NCBI GenBank assembly: GCA_028534125.1
Contig: CM052817.1
Location: 42,596,001-42,660,000 of the forward strand
Origin: Lama glama
Lineage: Eukaryota
Length of the DNA: 64,000 nucleotides
Direction of reading: 5' to 3'
In this document: one piece after another, positions 25,831-39,646 of the stretch
Layout of the letters: each line of letters opens with the position of its first letter
Position numbering within the stretch: the stretch's first letter is position 1
Translations under genes and position numbers: made by a program
The notes under the pieces: generated by a model
What the model was told of the DNA's origin: nothing
The model's database searches: none
The model's input: the letters and a program-made list of their open reading frames with translations, nothing else

Positions 25831-27869
25831 TTAGGACATTCTATTTTCTTAAGGAATTTTAGTTTCTTGATTACTTTAAGTCCACTGTTTCAGGTATAAG
25901 TTAACATTTGTTTAATAAGTTAACATATTGAGGAGAGGATATAATTATCACCACATAAGACTGGAAACATGATTTAATTAGAGTTGTTACTGCAATTTTT
26001 AAAAATTGACCTAATGAAAGGCTTGTCTCTGGGGATGGAGAAGAATCAGGAAACTTAGGAAGAACTGTTTTATTTTCAAAGAAATATCATACTTTATCAA
26101 ATGTAACTCCAAAAAGATATAACATCAACGTAAGTTATTTAGTATTATCTAAAATTAATTACTATAAATAATTCTTATAAGGACAGAAGAATTTCCTATA
26201 TTAGACAATCTCCTTAATTGTTGATTGTGCCTTATTACCACTATAGAAACTCTTTAATAACCAATTTGGCAAAACAATGTGACTATAAATAGTTAGAAAC
26301 AACTGTTAATTAGAATTGTACTAATACTGCTTTTGAGGTAAACAGGAAAATTGACAAGGCTGATAGACATTTTATTAACACGTATTTACAAATCATATAT
26401 TGACATACATGAATCAGTGCTGAGCTTGTCACTTATTCATCGTCAACCTGGTTAACATTTGTGAGTTTTAGTTTCAAAATAGGCTCTGTGGAGCAAATTT
26501 ATATAGCTTTTATTTATAACCGCTATACCAAACACCCTTAGGGCTTCTGTTTGACTAAGCCAATTGTGGTCTCTGGAATCAGATTTGGATGCTACATGGC
26601 AATCGGACGTGAGAGAAACAACTGCATGTGAACAGTAACATGTCTATGTTAATATGGATACCTTAGATATAGTTAAGTATATCACACTAGAAAGAGATCA
26701 TTGTCAAAAGTTAAATTGATTTCAGATTTAAACTGAGTTAGTAAAAAGGAACAACCATTTTTAAAAGTCACAAAATGTTATCATACAAAAGTAAAACTTT
26801 GCTCGAAAGTTGCTCGTCATCTCAGCCTAATCAAGGCAGCATTTATCAAGGCGCATAGATGCTTTAAGCCACAAAACAGTAAGCCTCACAACAGGGAAAG
26901 GTATGGACTTTCAACTGTGATGGCATGTACAGCAGACGACTGCAATAAGCAAGGAGAAGTGTTCTGTGTGGTGCTGCTGTGATAAATATTCATGGAACGG
27001 AAGATACTTAAGCCAGAGCAGTAAGCTCTCTTGTCACCGCTTGAGTTTTGATCTGTCTCCACTGTCTGGAAATGTACATGCTGCAAAATTCAGGGAACTG
27101 TGTCTAAAAAAGAAATGTGGTTTTATCATCTGTCCACCTCCCATCTTACCCATTACAGCATACATTATCACATCATTTACTTATCAGTTCTTCATCTTCT
27201 CTTCATTATCTCTTTTGAATACAAATGTCATACATTATGTGTCAATATTAAATTTCAATCTGAAAAAAATTTCAGTGTTTATCATACTAGCAAGTAAATG
27301 AGATTTCTCTGTTTCAGTGAAAGAAGGGATGTGATGTCATTACATAAACTGCAATCTGAAGTTACTTATGGACAGGGCTTTTTTTTATTATTATTATTGT
27401 TCCTGGTTTAGTGACTCTATAAAATAACACTAACATATTCATCACCCAGAGGAAAGTGCCCTTACTGATTAGAAAACTGCAGAATCATTGTATATAAAAA
27501 ATCAATCTCCCAAATATTTGAAAATACATGTAAGATTTTGTCTGTTCTGAAGAATTCTACAAAAAGTGTTGAGAAGAGGGCGATATGAGTAAATATAAAA
27601 CTTGCTCAAAAGAGCACAGGAACCTTAGGTTAAGTGTGGTTAAATATGACGCCAAAATGTGGTATAACTAGTTACCCATCACTAAAACAGGCGAGCAATC
27701 TCAAAGATAATCAACATAGATGCATTTCTCTACGGTGCAAAGTCACCTAATGTGACCTAACGTCTCCCAATAGAAGATCAACATTATCCTTATCTATACA
27801 ATGCTGAGAGAGATGTTTCCTCCACCATGAATCATTTCCAACTAATTAATAACAGAGGTAGAGAAGAGA

Positions 27870-27930
27870 AATCTAGAAATGCTGTTAGGAACATATTCAT
27901 TTTACAGATGGAGAAAGTGAGGTAAACAGA
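27870..27930 (-). mobile_element. MIR core fragment
   Basis: 'cattttacagatggagaaagtgagg'. Confidence 0.55.
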
Positions 27931-28130
27931 ACTATAAAACTTAAGAGATAAGAGGGAGTTTAGGGATAATTTAATGAAAGCTCCTCACTTAATAATTAAA
28001 TTAAAATATTACTGACCATGGAAGTTAAGTATTTAGTCCAAAGATATGTGTTAAATAAACTGAAATTAATCAGACTAGGACTAATAGAAGTCTTTGACAA
28101 TTTAGTATATTATTAAATTTCACATAATTA

Positions 28131-28595
28131 CAGGCACAACTTTGAGATATTGTGGATTTGGTTTCAGATCACCGCAATAAAGCAAATATTGCAATAAAGC
28201 AAGTCATAAGAATTTTTTGGCTTCCCAGTGCACATAAAAGTAATGTTTACACTACATTGTACTCTATTCATTGCACAATAGCATTATGTCTAAAAAAGTG
28301 CACATCTTAATTTAAAAATACTTTATTGCTAAAAAATGTTAACTATCATCTGAGTCTTTAGCAACTTATAGAAGTAGTATCAAAGATCACTGATCACAGA
28401 TCACCATAACAAATATTATAATAGTTTAAAAGTTGAAATATTGTGAGAATTATCAAAATGTGACACCCAGACCAAGTGAGCAAATGCTGTTGGAAAATGG
28501 TGCCGAAACACTTTTGTTCAACAGAGGGTTGCCACAAAGCTTCAATTTGTAAACAGTGCAGTATCTGTGAAGCAGAACAAAACAAAGTATGCCTG
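28131..28595 (-). mobile_element. Tigger1 internal-deletion derivative (Tigger1a-like MITE, TcMar)
   Basis: Ends 'ta|caggcac...' and '...gtatgcctg'. The minus strand reads caggcatactttg...tttacaaattgaagctttgtggcaaccc, the Tigger1 5' end. 465 bp, no transposase. Confidence 0.9.
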
Positions 28596-29889
28596 TTTCT
28601 AGTTTATTCTGAATATTCTGACCTATGTATGAGATCCTTTACTAGCTTAGAACCATTTTCTTAAATACTAAAAATATTGTTAAATCAACTATAAGGTGGT
28701 AAGGTCACAAACCAAAAAGGCAAGTTAAAATTTTAATTCCAGAATCAAGGCTCAGTCCAGCTCAGGAGGACACATGGATCCATGGAAAACATCTGACAAC
28801 CTGAACACACTTTCTGTGCTTCATTTCATTTAGTCTAGAATTTTCCGAGATCTGGCTCTGATTAAAGCAAGCATGAGAAAGGGCATCTGGAGAGGTCCAT
28901 TCAGAAATGAAAAACATAATTCTCTTTCTCCACTAATTCCATTTTAATGTTAGATCAAATTAAGTTTCAGTTAGGAGTATAAGGAGGATTCAGTAAATAA
29001 CTACACTGCAGATTTTTTATTCTTTTTTTGACACAAATCACTCTGTTATCACAGAAGCAAGCAAGTAATGCCTATGGAGCATGGCCTTCTCCCTTTGTTT
29101 CACATCTAAATTTAATTTGTCAGCCTTGCCAAGTTTTAGCAGTGATTCCAGAAGCTGCTTGAAAGGCACCAAATTACATGCCACAAAAGAATGGAACTCA
29201 TTATGTGCTTTGCCTTCTTGTTCCTTTCTTCACTAAAAGACAGATAATTGCTTCATTCTGATTTCCATGCCCTATTTTCTTGGAATTTCCCCTTTCTTCA
29301 CCACTGGCTTCCAGTTGTTTGCCAAGACTTCAGAACATCAAAATTTGACCAAACACTATGGCAATCTTCAGAGATGCATTTCTATTCATCAGGAAGTAAA
29401 GAGTTTTTGTTCTGAACCAAACATTCACTGATGAACACTTTACTTTAAACATCCCATTGTACAAAAACGTCTGCTATCTTCATGCCCCAAGCTTTAAGGC
29501 TAGGCCCTAGGCAAAGCAAGAAACTTGCTGAATGGAAGCCTACAAGGAAGATTAGGAAAAAAAAAATCTTTAACAATAATTTTTAGAGGACTAAAGAGAA
29601 TTAGGAAAGCTCAGTCAGTTTCTGACATTTGATGATTTTATATAAATTTGTACATGATGGAGCCCAGATGCTAAGTTACAATAGTCTAAGTGCTAAGTGC
29701 TAATATCACTTGGGCTGTTCAAATACTCATTTGCATTTTTAAAAATCTCTGAAATTAAACCTGGTGATTATTAGTGATATTATCTAAAATTCATTTGCAT
29801 AACTTACACTTATTCCTACCAAAGCTGTGCAATTCAGTATGTTTTATTAACTAGAATCCTAATTCTTCTAAAAATAGAGTGTGTTTAGT

Positions 29890-30352
29890 ATGAGTGTTTC
29901 TAGCAGCATTATTTACAACAGTCAAAAGGTGGAAACAATCCAAATGCCCATGATGGATGAATGGATTTGTGGTACATACATACAATGGAAATTACTGTCT
30001 TAAAGAAATGAAATTCTGATCCAGGCTATACTATAGATGAACCTTGAAGACACTATGCCAAGTGAAATAAGCCAGACACTAAAGGACAGATATAGTCTGA
30101 TTCCACTTATGTGAGGTACCTAGAGTGGTCAAACTCATAGAGACTAAAAGCAGAATGGTAGTTGCCAGGGGCTGGGGGAGGGAGAAGTGAGAAGTTATTG
30201 TTTAGCAGGTACAGAGTTCCAGTTTGGGAAAATGGAAAGTTCTAGAGATGGATGGTGGTAGTTGCACAACAATGTAAATATATTTAATGCCATTGAACTG
30301 TACACTTAAAAAGGTAAATTTCATTTTACAAATATTTTGCCACAATTTTTAA
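29890..30352 (+). mobile_element. L1MB 3' end
   Basis: 'gcagcattatttacaacagtcaaaaggtggaaacaatccaaatg...gccattgaactgtacacttaaaa'. Partial TSD agtgtgttta at 29878-29887 and 30353-30362. Confidence 0.9.
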
Positions 30353-31457
30353 AGTGTGTTTAATTATTAATAAAGCTCTACATTTTAAAACTCCCTCATT
30401 CTAATAGTAACTGCTATAATTACATGCCATGCTTTAGCAAGGTAGATAATATAAATTATCTTCTTTTCATAGATGGAGGAAATGAGATACAGGATAGTAA
30501 GCTCAGTAAAACCTCAGAAGCCATCAGAGTCTAAATTAGAACAGGGTTCTCTGATCCTTTCTCTTTTTCCAGCATAAGAAACTATGCTCATAACTCAAAA
30601 TATAAGACTCATCTTTTTGTGAAATTGAAGTTGGCCATGTGTTCTCTCCTGATTCTTCCCTTTGGACCACAAATTAGACCAATGACTAATTCCTTATACT
30701 TCATGCATTAACTCAAAGGCAGGGCCCATTCCCATTTCTTCCCAATGCCCAGCCCACTGTCCTGAAACTTTATCCAGACTCTCCCACACTGGGATAAACT
30801 ATGGATCTTCCCTGCTCTCTCACCCAATCTTGTTCATACGTCTCAAGCCAAGCTGCTCTGGCCTCCTTCTGTCTAGATTAATCTAATAAATTAAACTGGT
30901 TCAATTACAAATGAATAATGTCATGATAAAATAGTGATCCTTCCATAAAATGTATTTGTTCTTTTGCAGGGTTCTCAATTCTTTGATCTAAAGAGCCAGT
31001 TAATTTGGGGATTTCTCACACTGAGCGAATCCTTTGTAGGTGAAAAGTTTTTGCGCATAAGCAGCATTTGGTATCACCTTTCAGGTGCATGACTTTCAAC
31101 TCCATTAAACCTTAGGCTTAAAGTTGAGTTTACACACTGATCTCTTCCTTAGTGTTTAATAATCTCTTGCAGTTCATTCATGTCATTACTCAGGATCCAT
31201 AAAGACAAAGGAGACCCATGCTGAGTAAGGTGGAAGCCACACTGCTTCTTAGAATCCTACAATTATGAGACAGAGTACATGCATTAGAAATAAAGTGAGA
31301 ACTATTGGAAGAAGGATGCAGATAGAGTGTTACCAGTTATCAGAAATGAGGGTAATTATTTTTATATTATAAATTCAGAAAGAATTTATGATGTAGCTGA
31401 ATCTTAGATCCCCTATAATCTTAAATTTATTTTGTTTTTTATATGTACTATAGTACT

Positions 31458-31809
31458 TGTGTCAGTCCATTTGGGTTGATATTTAAAAATACTATGAACT
31501 GGCTTATAAACAATACATATTTCTCACAGTTCTGGAGGTCAGGGAGTCCAACATCAAAGCAGCAGCAGATTTGATGTCTGATGAGAATCTGCTTCCTGGA
31601 TCGTGGATGAATATCTCCTCCCTGTGTCCTCACATGGCAGAAGGGGCAAGGGAGCTTTCTGGGGTCTCTTTTATAAGGGCACTAATCCCATTCCTGAGGG
31701 GTTCATCCTCATGATGTAATCATTTCCCAAAGGCCCCACCTCTTAATACCAATACACTGAGAATTAGGTTTCAACACAACTTTGAGGGGATATAAAAAGT
31801 CTAACTGCA
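31458..31809 (-). mobile_element. MLT1A/MLT1A0 solo LTR
   Basis: 'atttctcacagttctggaggtcagggagtccaacatcaa...ttataagggcactaatcccatt'. Perfect 5-bp TSD gtact (31453-31457 / 31810-31814). Confidence 0.92.
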
Positions 31810-31889
31810 GTACTTTATGTCAAAAACACTTCTGCAAAATGAAATAACTGTTTTTCTTCTTTTAAAATATACTTATTGCTTAAAGATAT

Positions 31890-32035
31890 ACATTTGACCA
31901 TTGACATTTAAAAATGGCATCTCCCTAATGGTTTATTTTGCATGTCTTTAGTCACAAGTAACATGAAGCATCTTTTTACATGTTGGTAAGCATGTGCACT
32001 TCCTTTTTTTGTAAACTATTCGATCAAGTCCTTTT
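31890..32035 (-). mobile_element. Old L1 fragment, antisense
   Basis: 'aaaatggcatctccctaatggtttattttgcatgtcttt...gaagcatctttttacatgttggt'. Confidence 0.6.
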
Positions 32036-32254
32036 CTAAGTTTTTTCTAAGAGAAAAGAGAATCTAGAAGCTTCAGGAAACTCACTAGAAATCTAACTGA
32101 CATCTTACTGACTTTAGTGAGTGTCCCAGCTTGATTCTACATATCCAAGAACTGATTGATCTTTAAGAAATTCCAAAAAGAAAGTTATAGAATTTTGCAT
32201 CTACTTATGCATCCATTTGGAGATGACAATTCCTAGGATACAGTACAGCTCTGA

Positions 32255-32405
32255 GAGGAAGGAATGAGTCCACGAGGAAGAGAAAGGAGAGGGGAACGGA
32301 GAAGAGAAACGGAGAAGTGAAGAAGGAGGGTGGAAAATGCAAAAGAGAAGGAAGAAGCAGGATAAAAAAAGAGGAGGACGGGGAGAGAGAATGGAAGGAA
32401 GAAAA
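32255..32405 (+). repeat. GA-rich polypurine low-complexity tract
   Basis: Predominantly A/G for ~150 bp. Confidence 0.8.
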
Positions 32406-34773
32406 GTGTTCTGTGTCTGAACTAATTTCTGCTCCACTAGAGTAGTGATGTCAATAACGTATACAATTAATTTTATGTTTAGTTTTCCTGAACTTTGCTT
32501 TTCAGGCTGTAGGTAGAAACATTGAGAGTTTTAGTACATACTAAAAACTTACTGTATATCTTTTCTTCCAAGGTTAATATCTACAGACTTATCTACAGTT
32601 TTTTGGGATGTTTGTTACCTCTTTCCTATTTGGCATAGAATTCATTGACTGTAATAAATAAGCATATACAATTTATATACCTCTTAAGGTAACTCATTTT
32701 AATGCTCTTCACCAGGTTCATTTTGTGTTCTTGTATTCAAATCCTTATGGATGGGGTTAAAGGACAGCTCATACTGCAGTTTGGCCAAGAACAAAGAATG
32801 TGCTTTTAAAAAGGTCTGGTGCATTGTTATAATTAGTGTGAGCATACTTTGAATTAAAGTAGGAATTTACTCATTTTTACATAACTTACAAAGATTACTA
32901 AGTTTTATAAACTTCTGATATTTTTAATTATTCATCCTTTATTTGATCGTTTTTTTTTCTAATTGCTGTATTTAGTGTTTCTGTTTTATAAAGTGCACTG
33001 ACAGAAGCAGCAGCAGCATGGGGTCCACACTTCATCCACCTGTGCTTTGCAAAACTCCATGACTATTCCAAGAACAATGCATCTTTGAAAGAACAAAATT
33101 AATGGGTTATTAGGCTATAACTGCAAAAGAGAAGATAATTAGTGTCCATGAGAAAGAAAAGTTCATAAATTTAAAAGAAACATTTTAATTGACAAAAAAA
33201 AGTGTAAGAGCTTTGAAAGAACTCTTTTTAGCAAAAACATCCAAAGAATTAAATTATAAACCTTCACTAAACAAATGCAAGGGAATGAAAGAATTTTGTG
33301 TGTGTGATAAATTAATGTTGGTGAGATTTATGAAAGTATGAAGCAATTTAGAAGCCTCCCTAAAATAATTGAGAAATCATGATCATATGAAAGATGACAA
33401 GGGCAGGTGATCTGCCCAGTAAAATATTTTATTTTTCAGGTATCATTTCAATATTTTGTGAGTATTGTATCAATGAACAAAGAATCTTCTGGTAAGTTCA
33501 CACATCAGGGTTTCAGTTGACTGCTCTGACTTCTTGAAATGTAAGGCTTTTTGCTTCAACGTGCCTTCTTTTCTAACCAATAACCACCGGCCTACCTCCA
33601 GCATTCTGTGCATGGTTCTGTGACCGTAGAAAGGTCACAAGGCATTGCTCCAGCCTACAAACTAGTCAATATGTGTCAAATATGTGTTCCTGCAAATGAG
33701 ATGATTAAGAGGGGCTTGCTCTTAGAGCAGATGCTTGTATTTAGGAACATAACAGAATTATTACAAATTCAATTGAAAGGGGAAAAGCACACAAAAAAGG
33801 AGTATTTTAAGGCATTTTATTATTTACCTATTTATCGGTATCTTCATTTCCTTTAACTTGTAAAAATGTACTACATATATTATTTAAACCAAGTCTTTCA
33901 TGCATCATCTCATAAAAATAAATCATCTCCTTAATAAATAAGTCATCTCCTTTTTCATGAAAAGTTTTTTATTTAATCTCTACTTCATGAGAAAAACAAT
34001 TTAAAATGAGCATGGTAGGTGTGTCATTTAAAAGGAAACCCGTGACTTGATACTGACTCTTGAATTTCAAAGAGATTTAAACCAAACAGCTAATTTAGAA
34101 GATTAGTATACATTTATCAAAAGATACTGGTTATTAGAATGTTTGTTTGAGAGATCTACTCTTCGTGTGGAGAAGCAAGATAGTAGGGATGAAACTCAAA
34201 CTTTGTGGTTATGCTTTTTGCTTCTGTCACTAAGTAGACACATGGCCGTGTGAAGATAATTTTGCCTTTTGAGGGCTTTAGTTACTTCATTGTAAACTAT
34301 AGGAGATGAACAAATAATTGTTTCCCAAATGAGTTCCATGCAGGGCACTGTAGATGAATGTTTGATAAAGTAGTCCTCTTTATGGTACACAATTAGGATA
34401 ACATATTAATGAGTCAGAAAATTCATTCAGAAAAGAGACATGCAGAATATTGCTTAACCATAAAATTCTTTTCAAGGAAAGGCTACAAATATCCTAAAAA
34501 ATATGTTTTGATAAAAAAATTGACAAAATTTAAAAGGTATTTTTAACCTCTGAAATTAATTATTTAGTGGTTATACAACTGAAATATCATATTTCTGAAC
34601 ACTGAAATTTAAAATCATAATTTAAAAAATAGACTGAAAAAAGATTATAATAATTATGTATGTAATATCCAAATAACTTATTATCAAAATTTACTCTAAT
34701 TAGGCATCCCCAGTTTTGATAATTTAAGTTTGGAGGTTTTTGAAATGATGCATTCCTAGAATAGCTCAGTAGT

Positions 34774-36085
34774 CAGCCACATGTAAATCAATGAAGTTAG
34801 AATACTCCCTAAAACCATACAGAAAAATAAACTCAAAATGGCTTAAAGATTTAAATATAAGATAGGACACCATAAAATTCCTAGAAGAGAACATAGTCAA
34901 AACATCTCTGACATAAATTGTAGCAATGTTTTCCTACTTTGGTCTCCCAAGGTAATAGAAATAAAAGCAAAAATAGACAAATGGGACCTAATCAAACTTA
35001 AAAGCTTTTGTACAGCAAAGGAAACCATAAATAAAACAAAAAGACAACTTACAGACAAGGAGAAAAAATATATGCAAACCATGCGACTGACAAGGGCTTA
35101 ATTTTCAAAATATACAAACAGCTCATACCACTCAATACCAAAAAGCAAACAACCCAATCAAAAAGTGAGCAGAAGACCTAAACAGATATTTCTCAAAAGA
35201 AGACACAGGGATGCCTGACAGGCACATGAAAAGATGCTCAACATTGCTAATTATCAGAGAAATGCATATCAAAACTATAATGACCACATACTGGTTAGAA
35301 TGTCCATCATTAAAAAGTCCACAAGCAATAAATGCTGGAGAGGGTGTGGAGAAAAGGGAATCCTCTATACTGTTAGTGGAAATGTAAATTGGTACAGTCA
35401 CTGAAGGACGTTATGAAGGTTCCTTAAAAAACTAAAATTAGATTTACCATATAATCCAGCAATCCCACTTCTGGGCATATACCCAAAGGAAACTCAAATT
35501 CAAAAAGATACATGCATCCCCATGTGCTATGGCACTATTTGCAATAACCAAGACATTGAAGCAATCTAAATGTCCATCAACAGATAATTGGATAAAGAAG
35601 ATGCGGTATATATATGTATATACATATATATACACATACAATGGAATACTACTCAGTCATAAAAAAAGAATGAAATAATGTCATTTGCAGCAACATGGAT
35701 GGACCTAGAGATTATCATAACAAGTGAAGTTAAGTGAGAGAGAGAAAGACAAGTATCACATCACGAAATCTGAAAAAAATGATACAAATAAACTTATTTA
35801 CAAAACAGAAGCAGACTCAGACACAGAAAACAAATTTCTGATTACCAAAGGGGAAAAGGGGAGGGATAAATTAGGAGTTTGAGATTAGCAGATACAAACT
35901 ACTATATATAAAATAGATAAACAACAAGGACCTTCTGTGTAGCACAGGGAACTGTATTCAGTATCTTGTAATAACTCTATAATGGAAAAGAATATGAAAA
36001 AGAATATATATACATATAACTGAATCATTATGCTGTCCACCAGAAACTAACACATTATAAATCAATTATACTTCAATAAAAATAA
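34774..36085 (+). mobile_element. Artiodactyl/camelid L1, 5'-truncated (~1.3 kb)
   Basis: ORF2 end ('gacaaatgggacctaatcaaacttaaaagcttttgtacagcaaaggaaacc') and 3' UTR. Perfect 16-bp TSD agaatagctcagtagt at 34758-34773 and 36086-36101. Confidence 0.95.
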
Positions 36086-38294
36086 AGAATAGCTCAGTAG
36101 TGACCTGAGCAAGGCATAAAAATACATCTATTTAAAACCAGTAATTTTTAAATAATCAAATGCATATTAGTATTTTACTTTTCAAAGCAACAAAATGAAA
36201 TTTTTCATGTAGTCCAAAAGTCAGACATTAAATTTTATATAATCAGTTTTTCATTAAAAAAACTCACTAGATATTCAAAATCTCAAATCCTTTCTTAAAT
36301 GCTTTCTGATAACTTACCTTCTGTGAGTGTGTTGTTGTTACATGAATCAAAATTCTCTCTTAGATATTTATATTACTAGGCCTTAATTATAGAGCACAAA
36401 TTCCACTGAGAAGAGATCTCTGGGTGCTAAAAGCTAATCAGATAATCTCAGAAAGTCCCTCTGACTGCCATTTAACACTTAATCATGCGTTAATCATAAA
36501 TTAAGCATTCAGTCTCTGGCAGCCTTCGAGTAGTTGGAGGTGCAGGCTTGCTATTTACAATTTTGACCTGCCACCAAGCAGTCCAGCCCACTTACAGAAA
36601 ATGAAAGCTCAAACAGCTGCTACTTAAATGTAGGCTAATGCAAATTTAAACTAGCCTTTCAGAAACCTGGATTGTAAGGTTCTCTATATTTTCATTTAGC
36701 ATCTTTCAATTATCCTAAACTTTCTTCCTAATCTATTAAAAATCAAAACTACCCTACTCACGTCCCCTTCTTGTTGTGTCCTAGACTAGGCTAGAACACT
36801 CAATCATGCCTAAGTGACAATAGGCAAAGGGTTGTTATAATGAGTTAAACTATTAGTTCACATATATCATGGCAGGCTGGTTGGCCCTCTTAGAGCATCA
36901 CTCAGGAAATATCTAATTTCCCCTTACCCTGAGATTGTCTCACATTTAAGGACATTCAGGTAACCTGATTTTTATGATACCTGCACCTTCCAAAAAATTC
37001 CTTTACTTATTGGTAGATGAACTTTATCTCATGAATTGTACAAGCAATTAGTGTGTACTTTGTTTTATTAGAGTAGTAGTTGATTGAGGTAACAGAGTAA
37101 GAAAGCTGGAGGATGTCAAGATCTCTAAAATCAGTAGTAACTTGTTTAGAGACACAAAACTCAGTTCTTATGCACTGCCTACTTATTCCAGTCTATTAAC
37201 ATATATCTCATTTTTCCTTATCCTCACACTATTCTCATGATCATCTATCTCATACCAGTGTTATTATCACATTTTTTGTTTAATCATCCTATCCCTTTTC
37301 TTTACCTTCCCATCTGGGTTTGGAAACTTACTGCCTCCTGCCAGAATTACAGCCACAAGTGCTTCAGTGGCTTTCTTCATAAGACCAAGGTCATCCGTCT
37401 CTTACTCAACTATTTACAACATAGCCAAGTTATTCTTTAAACAGTTTTTTTCATCATGTCATTCCCATAATCAAGAAGGTTAAAGGCTTATCAACTATTA
37501 CACATTATAGATAGCTTATACATAGGAAATATACTCAGATGTAATTAGGTACCATTTTCAGTTATTCCTACCTTTTCCCATCCAGCTCAGCTAGTATTCT
37601 TAATTGTTACCCTCTTCAATTTTATGCTTGTCTCTGACCCTTAGACCAAAACAGATTATTTCTCACCTCTCTTCCTACCTCAACAGGAAACCTGAAGTTA
37701 CCAGGTGTGAATTAGGTTAAAGCTCTCCCTTTACAAGCTTACTAACACTGACAATTATTTTCTTCCCTTCTATCACTGAAGAAAAGGTATTTCTTGGCTG
37801 TTGGTGGTGGGGCGGTTCGGGTGAGGCTGGATGCGGCAGGTCCAGACTGACATTTACCGCCAGTCAGTATTGTCTCCTGTGACATGTTCTCCAATCAAAC
37901 CAAAGTCCACTGCAGTTTGCAGCTACTTGGAAGTCTGGCTCCCAGTGTGGTTACATTACTTATTGGTAGATGAACTTTATCTCATATACAGCTTCATAAT
38001 TGACTCTTATCGGATCTGATGAAATGGAAGTCTACAGAATCTAAAGATCTAAGGATTATCTCAAATTCACTGCACTAACGGACACACCAGAAATGGACAG
38101 GCGTTTCTGATCAAAGCTGTTTGCTCTGGGAGTTCTGCTGACTTTCATGGAAGATTTGAAATTAGTGACTGTTGGTGAACAACAGTTGTGTGCTGGCCCC
38201 AGGATACTAATTAGACCTGCTGCCTGACTCTCAGAACATAAGGCCCAGCACCTGCAGAAACCTTCTACCCACGTCCTCCAGACATGGGGACAAC

Positions 38295-39456
<1,162 letters not shown>

Positions 39457-39646
39457 ATTCCTTGGGACTTCCTACATAGATGATCATTCTATGTGCAAGT
39501 AAGGACAGACTTTTCTCTTCCTTTCCAATATGTTTGCCTCTCATTTCTTTTTCTGGTCTTATTGTTCTACCTGGAACTTCAAGTGTTGTGTCGAATATAA
39601 ATGGTGAGAGAAGACATTCTTGCCATCACTGATATTAGGGGAAAGC
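39457..39646 (-). mobile_element. Antisense L1 ORF2 (RT region) segment inside the retrocopy
   Basis: The reverse complement corresponds to the L1 RT stretch AFPL..GTRQGCPLSPLLFN...LFADDMI.Y.ENP in degenerate form. Confidence 0.85.

Noticed and set aside
30970..31039. Possible 70-bp plus-strand exon (ttttgcag| ... |gtgaaa)
   Set aside because: Weak donor, no partner exons, and on the strand disfavoured by repeat orientation; the block may be a non-coding element instead.
36318..36405. Minus-strand candidate exon with a strong donor (aag|gtaagt)
   Set aside because: Stop codons in all three frames.
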